Positions 10,627-21,700 of a stretch of DNA of 64,000 nt are shown in pieces. This DNA comes from an uncultured Planctomycetota bacterium (GTDB lineage: Bacteria > Planctomycetota > Planctomycetia > Isosphaerales > Isosphaeraceae). Each line of letters opens with the position of its first letter. The first letter of the stretch is position 1. The notes below the pieces were generated by a model. That model searched no databases and had not been told where the DNA came from. It saw nothing but the letters and a program-made list of their open reading frames with translations. A program made the position numbers and the translations under genes. Location of the stretch: NCBI GenBank assembly GCA_963823665.1, contig CAWGMQ010000005.1:1216001-1280000 (forward strand), given 5' to 3'.

Positions 10627-12835
10627 GTGTCGACGATCTCACGCGACGAATTCGCCGGTGCGGTCCAGCTTCACCAGTCGGGCCAGCTCCTCGCGGCGGT
10701 GCGACTTTACGAGTCGTTCCTCGATCGCGATGCATCGCACGCAGATTCGCTGCACCTTCTGGGAATCGCTCGCCTTCAGATGGGCCATCCTGGCGCGGCG
10801 GCCGATTTGATCGGCCGCGCCGTGGAGCTGGTTCCAACAGCAGCGGTCTTTCGGGCCACGCTTGCGGAAGCCTACCGTGCAATGGGCCTCCACGAGGCCG
10901 TGATCGCTTGCTGCCGCGCGGCGATCGGGCTCGGCTTGCACGATCCCGCGGTCTTCAACAACCTCGGGCTGGCGCTCGAAGCTCTGGCTCGCCATGGCGA
11001 CGCCGCCCTAGCGTTCCGTGAGGCGCTCGCCTTGCGGCCCGGCGACGCGGCTTCTCACACCAACCTGGGCACCGCTCTCCGTGCCCTCGATCTAAAAGAC
11101 CAGGCACTCGACCACTTTCGCCGCGCCCTGGCGATCGACCCCGATTTTGCTCCGGCCTTGACCAACCTGGGCCAGCTCCTGCTCGACCTGGGCCAGGCAG
11201 AGGAGGCTCTGCCGTACTGCCGGCGGGCCGCCACCCTGCAGCCCGGCTTGCCCGAAGCCCACAACAACCTGGGAAACGCTTTGCGCGCTCTCGGCCTGCT
11301 TGAGCAGGCCAGAGGGTCCTACAGCGAGGCGATCCGGCTCAGCCCACAAATGGCCCAGGCCTGCGTCAATCTCGGGCGAACATGGCAAGAGGAAGGTGAG
11401 TGGGACGAGGCCCTGCCCTGGCTCCGGCGGGCGGTCGAGCTCCAGCCAGGGTCCCTGGTCTTCCTGGCGCTCCTGGCCGAGGCAGCCGTCGAGCGCGAGC
11501 TCTTCGATGAAGCCATCGCCTGTTATGAGAGGATGCTCGAGATCGACCCCAAGCTTGCGGCAACCCACAATGCACTAGGATGGTTATTGCAGGAATCGGG
11601 CCGTCTCGACGAATCCGCAAACCATTTGAGCACAACCCTTTCCCTGCGACCCGACTTCGCGATTGCGCAGGTGAACCTGGGCGGAATCCACGAGAAACGG
11701 GGCAACTTTGCCGCAGCCGAGACGTCGTTCCGTGCGGCGCTCTCCGACGAACAAGCGCGTGCACCAGCGCTTGGGCGGCTCGCCCTGCTGCTGCGCGGCC
11801 GCCTTCCGGACGCGGATATCAAGCTGATCGAACAGCACCTGGCCGGCTCCGACGAGTCGGACCTGAGCCGGGTCAACCTGCTCTTCGGTCTCGCCGGCGT
11901 TTTCGACGCTCACGGCTCATACTCGCAGGCCGCCCTGATCGCCCGAGAGGCCAACCGCCTGGCAAGCATCCAGCTTGATCGACGGAAACGAGGCTATCGG
12001 CCGGACGAGCACGAACAGCTCATCTCCGGGTTGATCCACTCGCTCGATCGGAGCTTCTTTGACAGGCTCGCCGGCGCGGGGCTTGGTACAGAGCGGCCCG
12101 TTTTCGTCGTCGGGCTTCCCCGGTCGGGCACGACATTGATCGAACAGATTCTCGCGAGCATTCCACAGGTTCACGGCGCCGGTGAGCTGCACACTCGCGC
12201 GCGACGATTTCGAGACCATACCCGGCCTGCTCAACCGCGAAGGCGAGCCCGCGATCGCCTGCATCGGCGACCTGAGCCAGGCCGCCGCACGACAACTTGC
12301 CGAGCGCCACGATGGCCGGCTCACCGAGCTGGCAGGCGGCACTGTGGTGCGCGTTATCGACAAGATGCCCGATAATTACGTTCACCTGGGTCTGATTGCC
12401 GCAATGTTCCCCAGGGCGACACTCATCTACTGCCGCCGCGACTTCCGCGACATCGCCGTTTCGTGCTGGCTCACCGGCTTTCGAAGCGTCCGCTGGACGA
12501 ATGCCGCCGAGCACATCGCCTCGCGCTTTCACCAGCACGTTCGAATCATGAATCATTGGAAGCACGTACTGCCCGGGCGGATCCACCAGGTCGACTACGA
12601 AGAAACCGTGGCCGATTTCGAGGGCACCGCGAGACGCCTGGTGGCCGCCTGCGGCCTCGAGTGGAACCCGGCGTGTCTCCAGTTCCACCGCACCGATCGG
12701 CCTGTCCGGACCGCGAGCTTCGCCCAGGTGCGCCAGCCGGTCTATTCGAGCTCGGTCGGCCGCTGGAAGTCCTATCAAAATGAGCTCGCGGATCTCTTCG
12801 CCGCACTGCCAGAACGACCCGGCCCAGCCGCCTGA
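10627..12835 (+). CDS. TPR-repeat sulfotransferase, frameshift near 12190
   Basis: About ten TPRs (e.g. PEAHNNLGNAL) and the PAPS-binding loop VFVVGLPRSGTTLIEQIL. DKMPDN, RDFRDIAVSC and TASFAQVRQPVY are in the next frame. Confidence 0.9.
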
Positions 12836-13270
12836 ATCCACGGACCACTGGGGCGGCGCGCGAAGGCTGGATAACTGCGCAATTTGGGCCGAGATTCCGC
12901 AGCGGGTGTTCGAAGGTTCTCGGCGTTGGTGCCGGGATTTGAGCATGCGTGACCTGTTCGGCGGCGGCGGCGAGCGGGGACGGTGAATTCTCTTCAAATT
13001 CGTGTGAGTCTGGGTTGACCAGGAGAAGCGAAACGGTCCGTCGGTAGCAGATTTTCGGTCTTTGCGGGACCTTTGGCTGATTGTGGGCGTTGGTTTTGAC
13101 CGATTTTCAGAGTGTAACCACGGAATCTGTGAGTGCGGTTCTTAGTGACCGCAACGGTTTTGCAGTGGGAATCAATTTATCTTCGTGCGCCGCTCGCGCC
13201 GATATTCTAGGCTGCCGTGCATCTCGGCCTCGGTCCAGGACGGACGAGTCAAGGGTTAGGAGATAATGGA

Positions 13271-16200
13271 ATGTCTCAGACATCCGGACCGCGAGATCGC
13301 GGCAAAGTCAGGCGGCGGCGCGACGTGAAGCTGGACCTGCCGGTCCCGCTCGAGCCGCGATGTCTCATGGCGCCTGTGGTGGCGACCTTCCCGTTGCAGG
13401 CCGTGTTCACGGCGGCGGCGACGCCGACGAACGCTGATCTGGGAACGGTCGTGGTTTCGGAAAACACGACGGCGACCATCGACTCGGAGGCCCCCGTCAC
13501 CTCGGTCTCCGAGCTGACGCCGATCTCGTCGTTCGGTGGCGACATCGTCACGATCGCAGCCGGGCCTGGCGGTGTCTTCGGCAACGATGTCTACGCGATC
13601 TCTCGCGGAGCCGGCGACAATGCTTCCGCGGGCGCGGTCAATCGGCCCGGCGTGATTTACCGGGTCGACCCGGCCACGGGCCAGACGAGCGTCTTCTTCG
13701 ACCTGAACACGGTCATGAACCAGGTTGACCCGGCCAGTCCGACCGCGGCGAACTCGCTCGGCACCGGCACGGGGCTGGTCAACTGGTACAGCATCACATT
13801 CGATTCCGAAGGGATCTGGAGCGGCTCGCCGGCGATGTTCGTCGCCAGTGTCGATCGTTCCGACCCGAACAAGAATGTTATCTTCGAGATCGCTCCCAAC
13901 GGAACCTTGATGGGTGTCTTCACGCAGTTTACCGACGGGCTCTCATCGCTCAAGTTCAACATCAATCCGACGGCGATCCTGGTCCCGCCGGTGCAGGACC
14001 AATCGTTCCTGAGCGGGCTGATCGCCGGCAGCGGCATCAGCACGACCTCGGGGACCTTCGCTGCACTGTACTTCCAGTCCAGCGCCTACTCACCCGGTCA
14101 GGTGATCAGTAACTCGACCCTGCCCACCGGCGTGACGGAGACCGAACTGGGATTGCCGGTCGTCGGGTCCACCACAAACAATGTCGGCACGATCTTCAAC
14201 GGACTGATCGACACCGGCCCGATCGTCGGTCTGACCGCATCCAATTCGGACTATGACAACCAGATCTTCTCGGCCTTCACCGATTTCGGCACGCCGGCGG
14301 CCGGCGGGATTCCCGCGCGTCCGGGCGATAGCGGCGTGCAGGGCACCGACGGCACTCTGCTGATCGGTCAAGGGATCGTCCAGCCCGCAGCACTGCCGGC
14401 CACCGGCAATACTGACACTCTGGGCGCCGTCCCCACACCGTTCCGCCGGTTCGAGAGCATCGCTTTCGATCAGTACGGCTACTTCTCGCAAAGTGTCTCG
14501 CTCACGGCCGCGACCTCCACTGGTACAAGCGGGGCTACCACCACCACGTTCACGCCGGTGAACGCGCCTCCGGACTACGGCGGGAGCCTCTTCGTCAGCG
14601 ACCTGGCATCGGGCCTGTACGTGACCGTCACGCCGGTCGCCCCCCTGCCTACGACTCCGATCATCGTCCCCGTTCAAGGCTCCGGCGTGATCGCGGTGAC
14701 GACCGACGCGGCGGGAACCGTGATCCCGGTTGTCACGAATGGCAACACGACCGACGGATCGAACGACTTCGGCGGCCGGATCATCCGGATCCTGCCCAAC
14801 GGCACGGTGAACGAGTTCGCCTACGGCTTTGACACGAGCGGTGCTCAGGATTCCTCGAGCTTCGTGAACTCGAGTCTGACGATCAGCTTCTCGGCCGACG
14901 GCACGACGATGTACGCCTCGGACGACGCCGGAATCTGGCAGTTCAAGACAACCGCCAGCCTGGCCGGCTCGACCAGCGGCACCCTGGTGGGCCTGAACGA
15001 TCTGCGCACGCTAGGCGTACCCTACGACGGCCAGAACAGCGCCGTGGCGATCGTCGACACGGGCGTCGACGCCGGTTCGCCACCGTTCCGCGGCCGAGTC
15101 GCGCCGGGCGAAAATCTCTTCACGGGCGGCCTGGGCAATGTCGACACTGCTGCATCGTCGGGGCCTGCGGTCGCCGCCGGCGGCGGTGGCGGCGGCGGCG
15201 GCGGCGCCGGCGGCACCAACGTCCTGACGAATACGGTCAGCGGTCACGGAACACCGGTCGCGGGCGTGGTTGCCCAGTTCGTGCCCCAGGCAACCCTGGT
15301 GCCCGTGGACATCTTCTTGCCGTACAACGCCGGTAGGACCCTTACGGCCAGCAGCACGACTGGCGGTACCGGCGGCGGCGGCGGTACCGGCGGGGGTAGC
15401 GCCTCGAGCTCGCTGTCCGGCACGTCAAACGCCCTGACTTCATCCGATCTTCTTTACAACGGCCTGGAATACGTGATCCAGCACCCATTCGTCAACGACC
15501 CGCTCCGTCCCGGCAAGGAGGACCGAGTGATCGCGGCGACGTTCGCGTTCGGCTCGACACAGACGTTCGCGACCGAGGCGGCCGCCTACAAGAGCTACCC
15601 GCAGGTTGTGATCGCCCTCAAGAATGCCTATCACAAGTTCCTCAAGGAAGGGATCGCACCGATCGCCGCGTCCGGGCAGTTTGGCACCCCGCTGGGCTCA
15701 GGGGCGCCGACCACGACAACCGGCACGGGGGGCGGGGGCGGGACCGGCGGCGGGCTCTCAACCCCGGTGGGCGACAACAATGCAGACAACACGGCCGCGG
15801 GCGACGTCAACGGCATGTCGCTGCCGGCAGTGCTGAATGAGGTGATCTCCGTAACTGGCGTGATTTCGTACCCGTATGACCAGAACGCGACATCGACCCC
15901 GGTTGATCAGGTCGACGGTGTCATCCCGAACCCGCTCGGGCCCCTTCTCCTCTTCGGTAGCTCGCTCACGCTCGGCGGGACCGCGACGGTGAACACCGGC
16001 AATGGATCTACCGGCGGAGCAGGCGGAGCGGGGGGCGGAGCAGGAAGCGGATTTGGAGGAGGCTCCGGCGGGACAAACGCGGTCACGAACGGGTTCAATG
16101 CCAACGCCGTGCTCCTCTTGAAAGGCGATTTCGTCCAGTACGTAAACCGGATCGGCGCGGCTACCAACCGCAGCAACACGACCGACTTCGCGGCACCGGA

Positions 16201-17746
16201 CGTCAACGTTCCGACATTCCGACGCACGTTCACGCTTCCCACGGGAACGACCAGTACGACGGCCGGCAGCCCCACCGATCACAACACGTTCACCCAGGTG
16301 GGGACCTCGATGTCGGCGGCGATCGTGACCGGTGCCTATGCCCTTGTCTCCTCGGCGCTTAATTACTGGATCACGCTGGCTCAGTCCAACGGCTACACCG
16401 CCGATGCTTACTTGAACACGCCGGTCGGAACCGATTCGCTGAACTTCGGCAAGCATGCCTTCAAGAACCTGTCGGCATGGAACAACCCCAGCGGCATCAA
16501 CGGCATCCTCGCGTGGACGGCCGTTCCCGCGGTCGACACCAACGACGGCGGCAGCGTCTCCACGCCGCCGACGACGTTCGGCGGCCAGACCTATCGGTCC
16601 TTCGCCAGCATCAACGTCGCCAACGCTGTTGCGGCGGTTGAGGGATACGTCGCGATCAACTATCTCTTCGCCCATCACGATTGGCAGTACATCGACACCA
16701 ATCACGATGGGTTGATCACCGCGGGCGAGCTGCAGACGTTCACGGACAACGCAAACGCCATGGGAATGCCCGAGGCCGGGGCCATGGCAGCGCTCCTGGG
16801 TGGCACCGCAACCTACAGTGCGGTCGAGCCCGGCCTCAATAACGAGGTTTTCAACGAAAACCCGGACGATCCGGCCGCCGAGCAACGCCGATTCAACTTC
16901 TTCGACTACGCGGCCGACGGCCAGCTCAACGGCTCGGTCACGCTGAACGAGTACAAGATGCTTTCGCGCATCCTGCTGCCTTCTCCCGACGCGTATACCG
17001 TCACCGATCGCCAGCGAGCATCGGCCAACGGCTGGCTCCTGGCTCCGACCGCTCAGCGCAACTTTGTCGCTCTCCAGCACACGGTGCCCTCGTTCGAGTG
17101 GGTGCCGAAGTCGGCCGTTGCGAAATACCGCAATATCTCGCCCATGAAGTTTGGCGTCGACGCGGGTACAACACCCGGATACACCTTCCCGCTGTACACG
17201 CTCTTCGATGCGACGCCGGCCTCCCCCACGACCACTCAGACGACCACGCAAAACACGGTTGTGGCCGCTTCCAAGAGCGCCGTCGTGAATGGTGTGACCA
17301 TCACCGTCGACTGGCTGTCGAATTCTCCTTCGGCGCCAGCCCCGGCCGTGACCACGCCATCGACCCTCACTCCCGCCGGCACGGTCACGCCCACCACGAC
17401 GGCCTCGACAACCAGCGCGCCGTCGACCACGTCGGGGACCGTCACTCCGACTCCCGCAACGAGCACCTCCACCCCGGCCACTGTGCTCGGAACGCCGCAG
17501 GTAAATCCCGACGTCACCACCACCGCAACCTCCTCGACCTCCGGTGCCACGTCGAGCGGAACGACCGCGGGCACGGCTTCGCCCGCTGTGACCACCCCGG
17601 CCGTCACCACGACGGTCGCCAGCACTCCGCCGCCTGAAGCAACCGTTTCCAAGAAGAAGTCTGCCTCGAAGAAGTCGACGTCGAGCAGCGGCGTCTCCGG
17701 GTTCTTCTCGGATCTCGGTAAGAGCATCAAGAAGGCGTTCGGTTGA
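13271..17746 (+). CDS. Large secreted S8 (subtilisin-like) peptidase
   Basis: LEPRCLMA N-terminal motif. Catalytic motifs VAIVDTGVD, GHGTPVAG and GTSMSAA. EF-hand-like DTNHDGLITAGE and a Thr/Ser/Pro-rich tail. Confidence 0.82.
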   Translation: MSQTSGPRDRGKVRRRRDVKLDLPVPLEPRCLMAPVVATFPLQAVFTAAATPTNADLGTVVVSENTTATIDSEAPVTSVSELTPISSFGGDIVTIAAGPGGVFGNDVYAISRGAGDNASAGAVNRPGVIYRVDPATGQTSVFFDLNTVMNQVDPASPTAANSLGTGTGLVNWYSITFDSEGIWSGSPAMFVASVDRSDPNKNVIFEIAPNGTLMGVFTQFTDGLSSLKFNINPTAILVPPVQDQSFLSGLIAGSGISTTSGTFAALYFQSSAYSPGQVISNSTLPTGVTETELGLPVVGSTTNNVGTIFNGLIDTGPIVGLTASNSDYDNQIFSAFTDFGTPAAGGIPARPGDSGVQGTDGTLLIGQGIVQPAALPATGNTDTLGAVPTPFRRFESIAFDQYGYFSQSVSLTAATSTGTSGATTTTFTPVNAPPDYGGSLFVSDLASGLYVTVTPVAPLPTTPIIVPVQGSGVIAVTTDAAGTVIPVVTNGNTTDGSNDFGGRIIRILPNGTVNEFAYGFDTSGAQDSSSFVNSSLTISFSADGTTMYASDDAGIWQFKTTASLAGSTSGTLVGLNDLRTLGVPYDGQNSAVAIVDTGVDAGSPPFRGRVAPGENLFTGGLGNVDTAASSGPAVAAGGGGGGGGGAGGTNVLTNTVSGHGTPVAGVVAQFVPQATLVPVDIFLPYNAGRTLTASSTTGGTGGGGGTGGGSASSSLSGTSNALTSSDLLYNGLEYVIQHPFVNDPLRPGKEDRVIAATFAFGSTQTFATEAAAYKSYPQVVIALKNAYHKFLKEGIAPIAASGQFGTPLGSGAPTTTTGTGGGGGTGGGLSTPVGDNNADNTAAGDVNGMSLPAVLNEVISVTGVISYPYDQNATSTPVDQVDGVIPNPLGPLLLFGSSLTLGGTATVNTGNGSTGGAGGAGGGAGSGFGGGSGGTNAVTNGFNANAVLLLKGDFVQYVNRIGAATNRSNTTDFAAPDVNVPTFRRTFTLPTGTTSTTAGSPTDHNTFTQVGTSMSAAIVTGAYALVSSALNYWITLAQSNGYTADAYLNTPVGTDSLNFGKHAFKNLSAWNNPSGINGILAWTAVPAVDTNDGGSVSTPPTTFGGQTYRSFASINVANAVAAVEGYVAINYLFAHHDWQYIDTNHDGLITAGELQTFTDNANAMGMPEAGAMAALLGGTATYSAVEPGLNNEVFNENPDDPAAEQRRFNFFDYAADGQLNGSVTLNEYKMLSRILLPSPDAYTVTDRQRASANGWLLAPTAQRNFVALQHTVPSFEWVPKSAVAKYRNISPMKFGVDAGTTPGYTFPLYTLFDATPASPTTTQTTTQNTVVAASKSAVVNGVTITVDWLSNSPSAPAPAVTTPSTLTPAGTVTPTTTASTTSAPSTTSGTVTPTPATSTSTPATVLGTPQVNPDVTTTATSSTSGATSSGTTAGTASPAVTTPAVTTTVASTPPPEATVSKKKSASKKSTSSSGVSGFFSDLGKSIKKAFG

Positions 17747-17751
17747 TCACC

Positions 17752-18620
17752 ATGAAGCGAAGAACGTTCGTGCGCGTGGCCGCCGCGACTCTGGCGGCCA
17801 CCCGCATTGCCGCGCCGCGCGGTCTGCTGTCAGCGAGTCGCGCGCCATGCCCTGGAAGAAGGCTTTCATGCTCGGGGGCCTGTCCAAAGGCGACCCCAAG
17901 GTGGCATTCCAGCTCTTGAAAGACGCCGGCTTCGATGGCGTTGAGCTCTTGAGTCCAAACGAGCTCGACGTCAAAGAAGTGCTGGCCGCGCGCGACGAAA
18001 CGGGTTTGGTCATCCACGGAGTCAGCGGCTCTCGGCACTGGCAGCAGCCTCTCTCCGACCCCGATGCGGAAGTCGTCGCGCGCGGGATGGAGGCCATCCG
18101 CCGGGAATTCCTCGACTGCAAGGCTTACGGCGGCACGACAGTGCTGGTCGTACCCGCGGTCGTTAGCCGCAAGGTCGGTTACCGCGATGCTTACAAGCGA
18201 TCGCAAGAGAACATCCGGAAGCTCATCCCAGATGCCCGGGCCAGCGGGGTCAAGATCGCGATCGAGGAGGTCTGGAACAAGTTCCTGCTGAGCCCGGTCG
18301 AGTTTGCGCGCTATATCGACGAGTTCGAGAGCCCCTGGGTCGGCGCTTACTTCGACGTGGGCAATGTCGTCGAATTCGGCTACCCCGAAGAATGGATTCG
18401 CGAGCTCTCCAAGCGCATCCTCAAGGTTCACATCAAGGAGTACGCGAAAGATAAACGGTTCAAATACCGTTTGGGCGAGGGCGGAGAAATCGACTGGCCG
18501 GCCGTTAAAGCGGCGCTGCGCGTTAGTGGGTATGACGGGTGGATCACCGCCGAGGTGCCGTACGGCAGCCTCGCCGAGATGAAAGACGTCGTCCTGCGGA
18601 TGAAGAACTTGCTCGACTGA
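17752..18620 (+). CDS. Tat-exported sugar-phosphate isomerase/epimerase (xylose isomerase-like TIM barrel), frameshift near 17820
   Basis: MKRRTFVRVAAA from ATG 17752 is out of frame with the body GFDGVEL...IAIEEVWN...FDVGN...VHIKE...ITAE. Confidence 0.85.
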
Positions 18621-18729
18621 GCGCAGCGGATTGGCTGAGACCTCTGCAGGTTTGAATGCGGCGGCCCGACTTCCCGATTGGCTTGACTCGCTCCTTTTCG
18701 GCAAAGAGCGGCGGGCTGACGTGCGCATT

Positions 18730-21700
18730 TCAAGTTGGGCTAATCTTTTTTCCCCGCGCGGAGATGTTGAACACGCTGTTTTCCGCCAGCGTGGCGCCCG
18801 ATTCGCCAGTGACACCTCCCGGGGGTCTACTGACCACAGTGAGCTGGCCCCCGGTCCGGAAGGTTTGCTTGCCGGCGAATGTCAGGGTGACCGAGTCGTT
18901 CGCCGCACTGTAGGCGACCGAGAAGCTCGTAATCGGATGAAGAACGCGCTGCGTCTGCTTCTTGACCCGCTTGGTGGTGACGGTGTCGAGTTGATAATTG
19001 GCTCGGGTCGTCGCGCTCGTTGGATTGAGCGGACCGCTGAAGTCGAGAACGAATCCGTCGAGGACCGGCTTGCCGATCGGCCGGCCCTTCTTGTTGGTTT
19101 TGCGGTTGAAGAGCGCCTTTTCGCCTACAATGACCGGCGGCGCCAGAGGGTTAACCGTCAAGGTGCCGCTCGCCATGCTGCCTGAGTACGTGGAGTCACC
19201 GGCGAAGGTCGCGCCCACGGCGCCGGGGTAAGCGCCGGCCTTGATGCCGGCCAGGCTCACACCGGTCAATGTCGCAACGCCGTTCGCGTCGGTCGTCGCC
19301 GAGCCGACGGTCATGACCGTGCCTGCTTCATTCAGCGTGAAAATCACAGTCCTGCCGGCCAGAGGCAGATCGCTTGCTGTCAAGGTGGAGCTCAGCGTGG
19401 CAGTTCCTCCCGAGGTCCCAACGCCCGAGACAGAGGAGAGGTTCGCGGCCTGGCCAACGTAGGTGAACCGGCCGGCGGCCGAGTCGGCCGATTCGCCGCC
19501 TGGCGTTGTCACGGTGACATTGACGCCGCCGGTGCCCGCCGGGCTGTCTGCCGTGATCGTCGTGCTGCTCAACACGGCGATATTCGTTGCCGCGGCCGTG
19601 CCGAACTCGATAGCGGTGGCACCGGTGAAACCCGTCCCGGTGATCGTCACCAACGTGCCGCCGGCGGCTGAACCGCTGGTCGGGCTCAGGCCGGTGACCG
19701 CTGAAACGGCGACGTAGGCGAACTGACTCGCGGCCGAGCTGGCAGACGTGCCGCCCGGCGTCGTCACGGTGACGCTCACAACGCCCGAGCCGGTTGGGCT
19801 CACGGCGGTGATCGCGTCGCTGTTGACCACGGTGACATCCGTCGCCGCTGCCGCGCCGAAGTCGACCGAGGTGGCGCCGGTGAAATTGGCGCCGGTGATC
19901 GTCACCAACATGGCGCCGCCCGTTGGCCCGCTGCCCGGGCTTAGGCCCGAAACTACCGGAGCGGCAATGTAGGTGAACCGATCGGCGACCGAGGTGACTG
20001 AACTGCCTCCCGGGGTGGTCACGGTGACGTCGACGATGCCGGTGCCCGCCGAGCTGTCGGCCGTGATCGTCGCGCTATTGACCACCTTGATATTCGTCGC
20101 CGCCGTGGTGCCGAAGTCGACCGCTGTGGCGCCGGTGAAATTGGCGCCGCTGATCGTCACTAGAGTGCCGCCAGCAGCCGGACCGGTGGTTGGGCTCAGG
20201 CCAGTGACACCTGGAGCGGCGATGTAGGTGAACTGATCGGCGGCCGAGGCGGCCGACTTTCCGCCCGGGGTGGTCACGGAGACGTTCACGACGCCGCTGC
20301 CCGCGGGGCTGTCGGCCGTGATCGTCGTGCTGTTCACCACCGTGACGTCTGTCGCCGCCGTGGTGCCGAAGTCCACCTCCGTAGCGCCGGTGAAGCTCGC
20401 GCCGGTGACGGTCACCAACGTGCCACCAGTCACGGGACCACTGGCTGGGCTGAGACCGCTGACTGTCGGAGCGGCGAAGTACGTGAACTGATCGGCGGCC
20501 GACGTGGCCGACGTGCCGCCCGTTGTCGTCACAGTTACGTTCACCGTACCCGTGCCAGCGGGGCTGTCGGCCGTGATCGTCGTGCTGCTTACCACCGTGA
20601 TGTTCGTCGCCGCCGTGGCCCCGAAGTCGACCGCAGTGGCACCGGCGAGGTTCGTGCCAGTGATCGTGACCAACGTGCCACCAGCTAATGGGCCGCTGGT
20701 CGGGCTCAGGTCGCTGACCGCGGGACCGGGGACGTAGGTGAACTGGTCGGCGGAGGACGTGGCCGATCTGCCGGCGGGCGTGTTCACTGTGACGTCGACG
20801 ATGCCGGCGCCCGCAGGGCTGTCGGCCGTGATCGTGGTGCTGCTGACAACCGTGATATTCGTCGCCGCCGTCGTGCCGAAGTCGACCGCTGTGGGGCCCG
20901 TCAAGTTGGCGCCGGTGATCGTCACCAAACTGCCGCCGGCGGCCGGTCCGCTCGTCGGACTCAGACCGGTGACCGCAGGAGCGACGACGTAAGTGAACTC
21001 ATCGGCGGATGACTTGGCTGACGTGACGCCCGGGGTGGCCACCGTGACGTCCACCACACCCGAGCCCGCCGGGCTGTCGGCTGTAATCGTTGTGCTATTG
21101 ACAACCGTGATATTCGTCGCCGCCGCGGTGCCGAAGTCGACCGCGGTGGCACCGGCGAGGTTCGTGCCAGTGATCGTGACCAACGTGCCACCTGCTGCTG
21201 GGCCGCTGGTCGGGCTCAGCTCGCTCACCGCGGGAGCGGCGATGTAGGTGAACTTGTCGGCGGAGGAATTGCCCGATTTGCCGCCGGGCGTGGTCACGGT
21301 GACGTCGACGGTGCCCGTGCGCGCCGGGCTGTCGGCCGTGATCGTCGTGCTGCTCACCACCGCGATATTCGTCGCCGCCATGGTGCCGAAGTCGACCGCT
21401 GTGGCGCCGGTGAAGCTGGTGCCGGTAATCGTCACCAAAGTGCCACCAGCCACCGGACCGCTGGTCGGGCTCAAGCCGGTGACCGTGGGAGCGACAACGT
21501 ACGAGAATTGATCGGCGGCCGAGGTGGCCGACGTGCCGAATGGGGTGGTCACGGCGACGTTCACGACGCCGGAGCCTGCCGGACTGTCCGCCGTGATCGT
21601 GGTGTTGTTGACGACCGTGATATTCGTCGCTGCGCTGGTGCCGAAGTCGACCGTTGTGGCACCGGTGAAGCTGGTGCCGGTGATCGTCACCAACGTGCCA

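Noticed and set aside
15758..17251. 497-aa antisense ORF and similar long overlapping ORFs (8699..9676, 37937..39106, 59303..60427)
   Set aside because: They are Arg/Gly-rich shadows of well-supported genes, expected at high GC.
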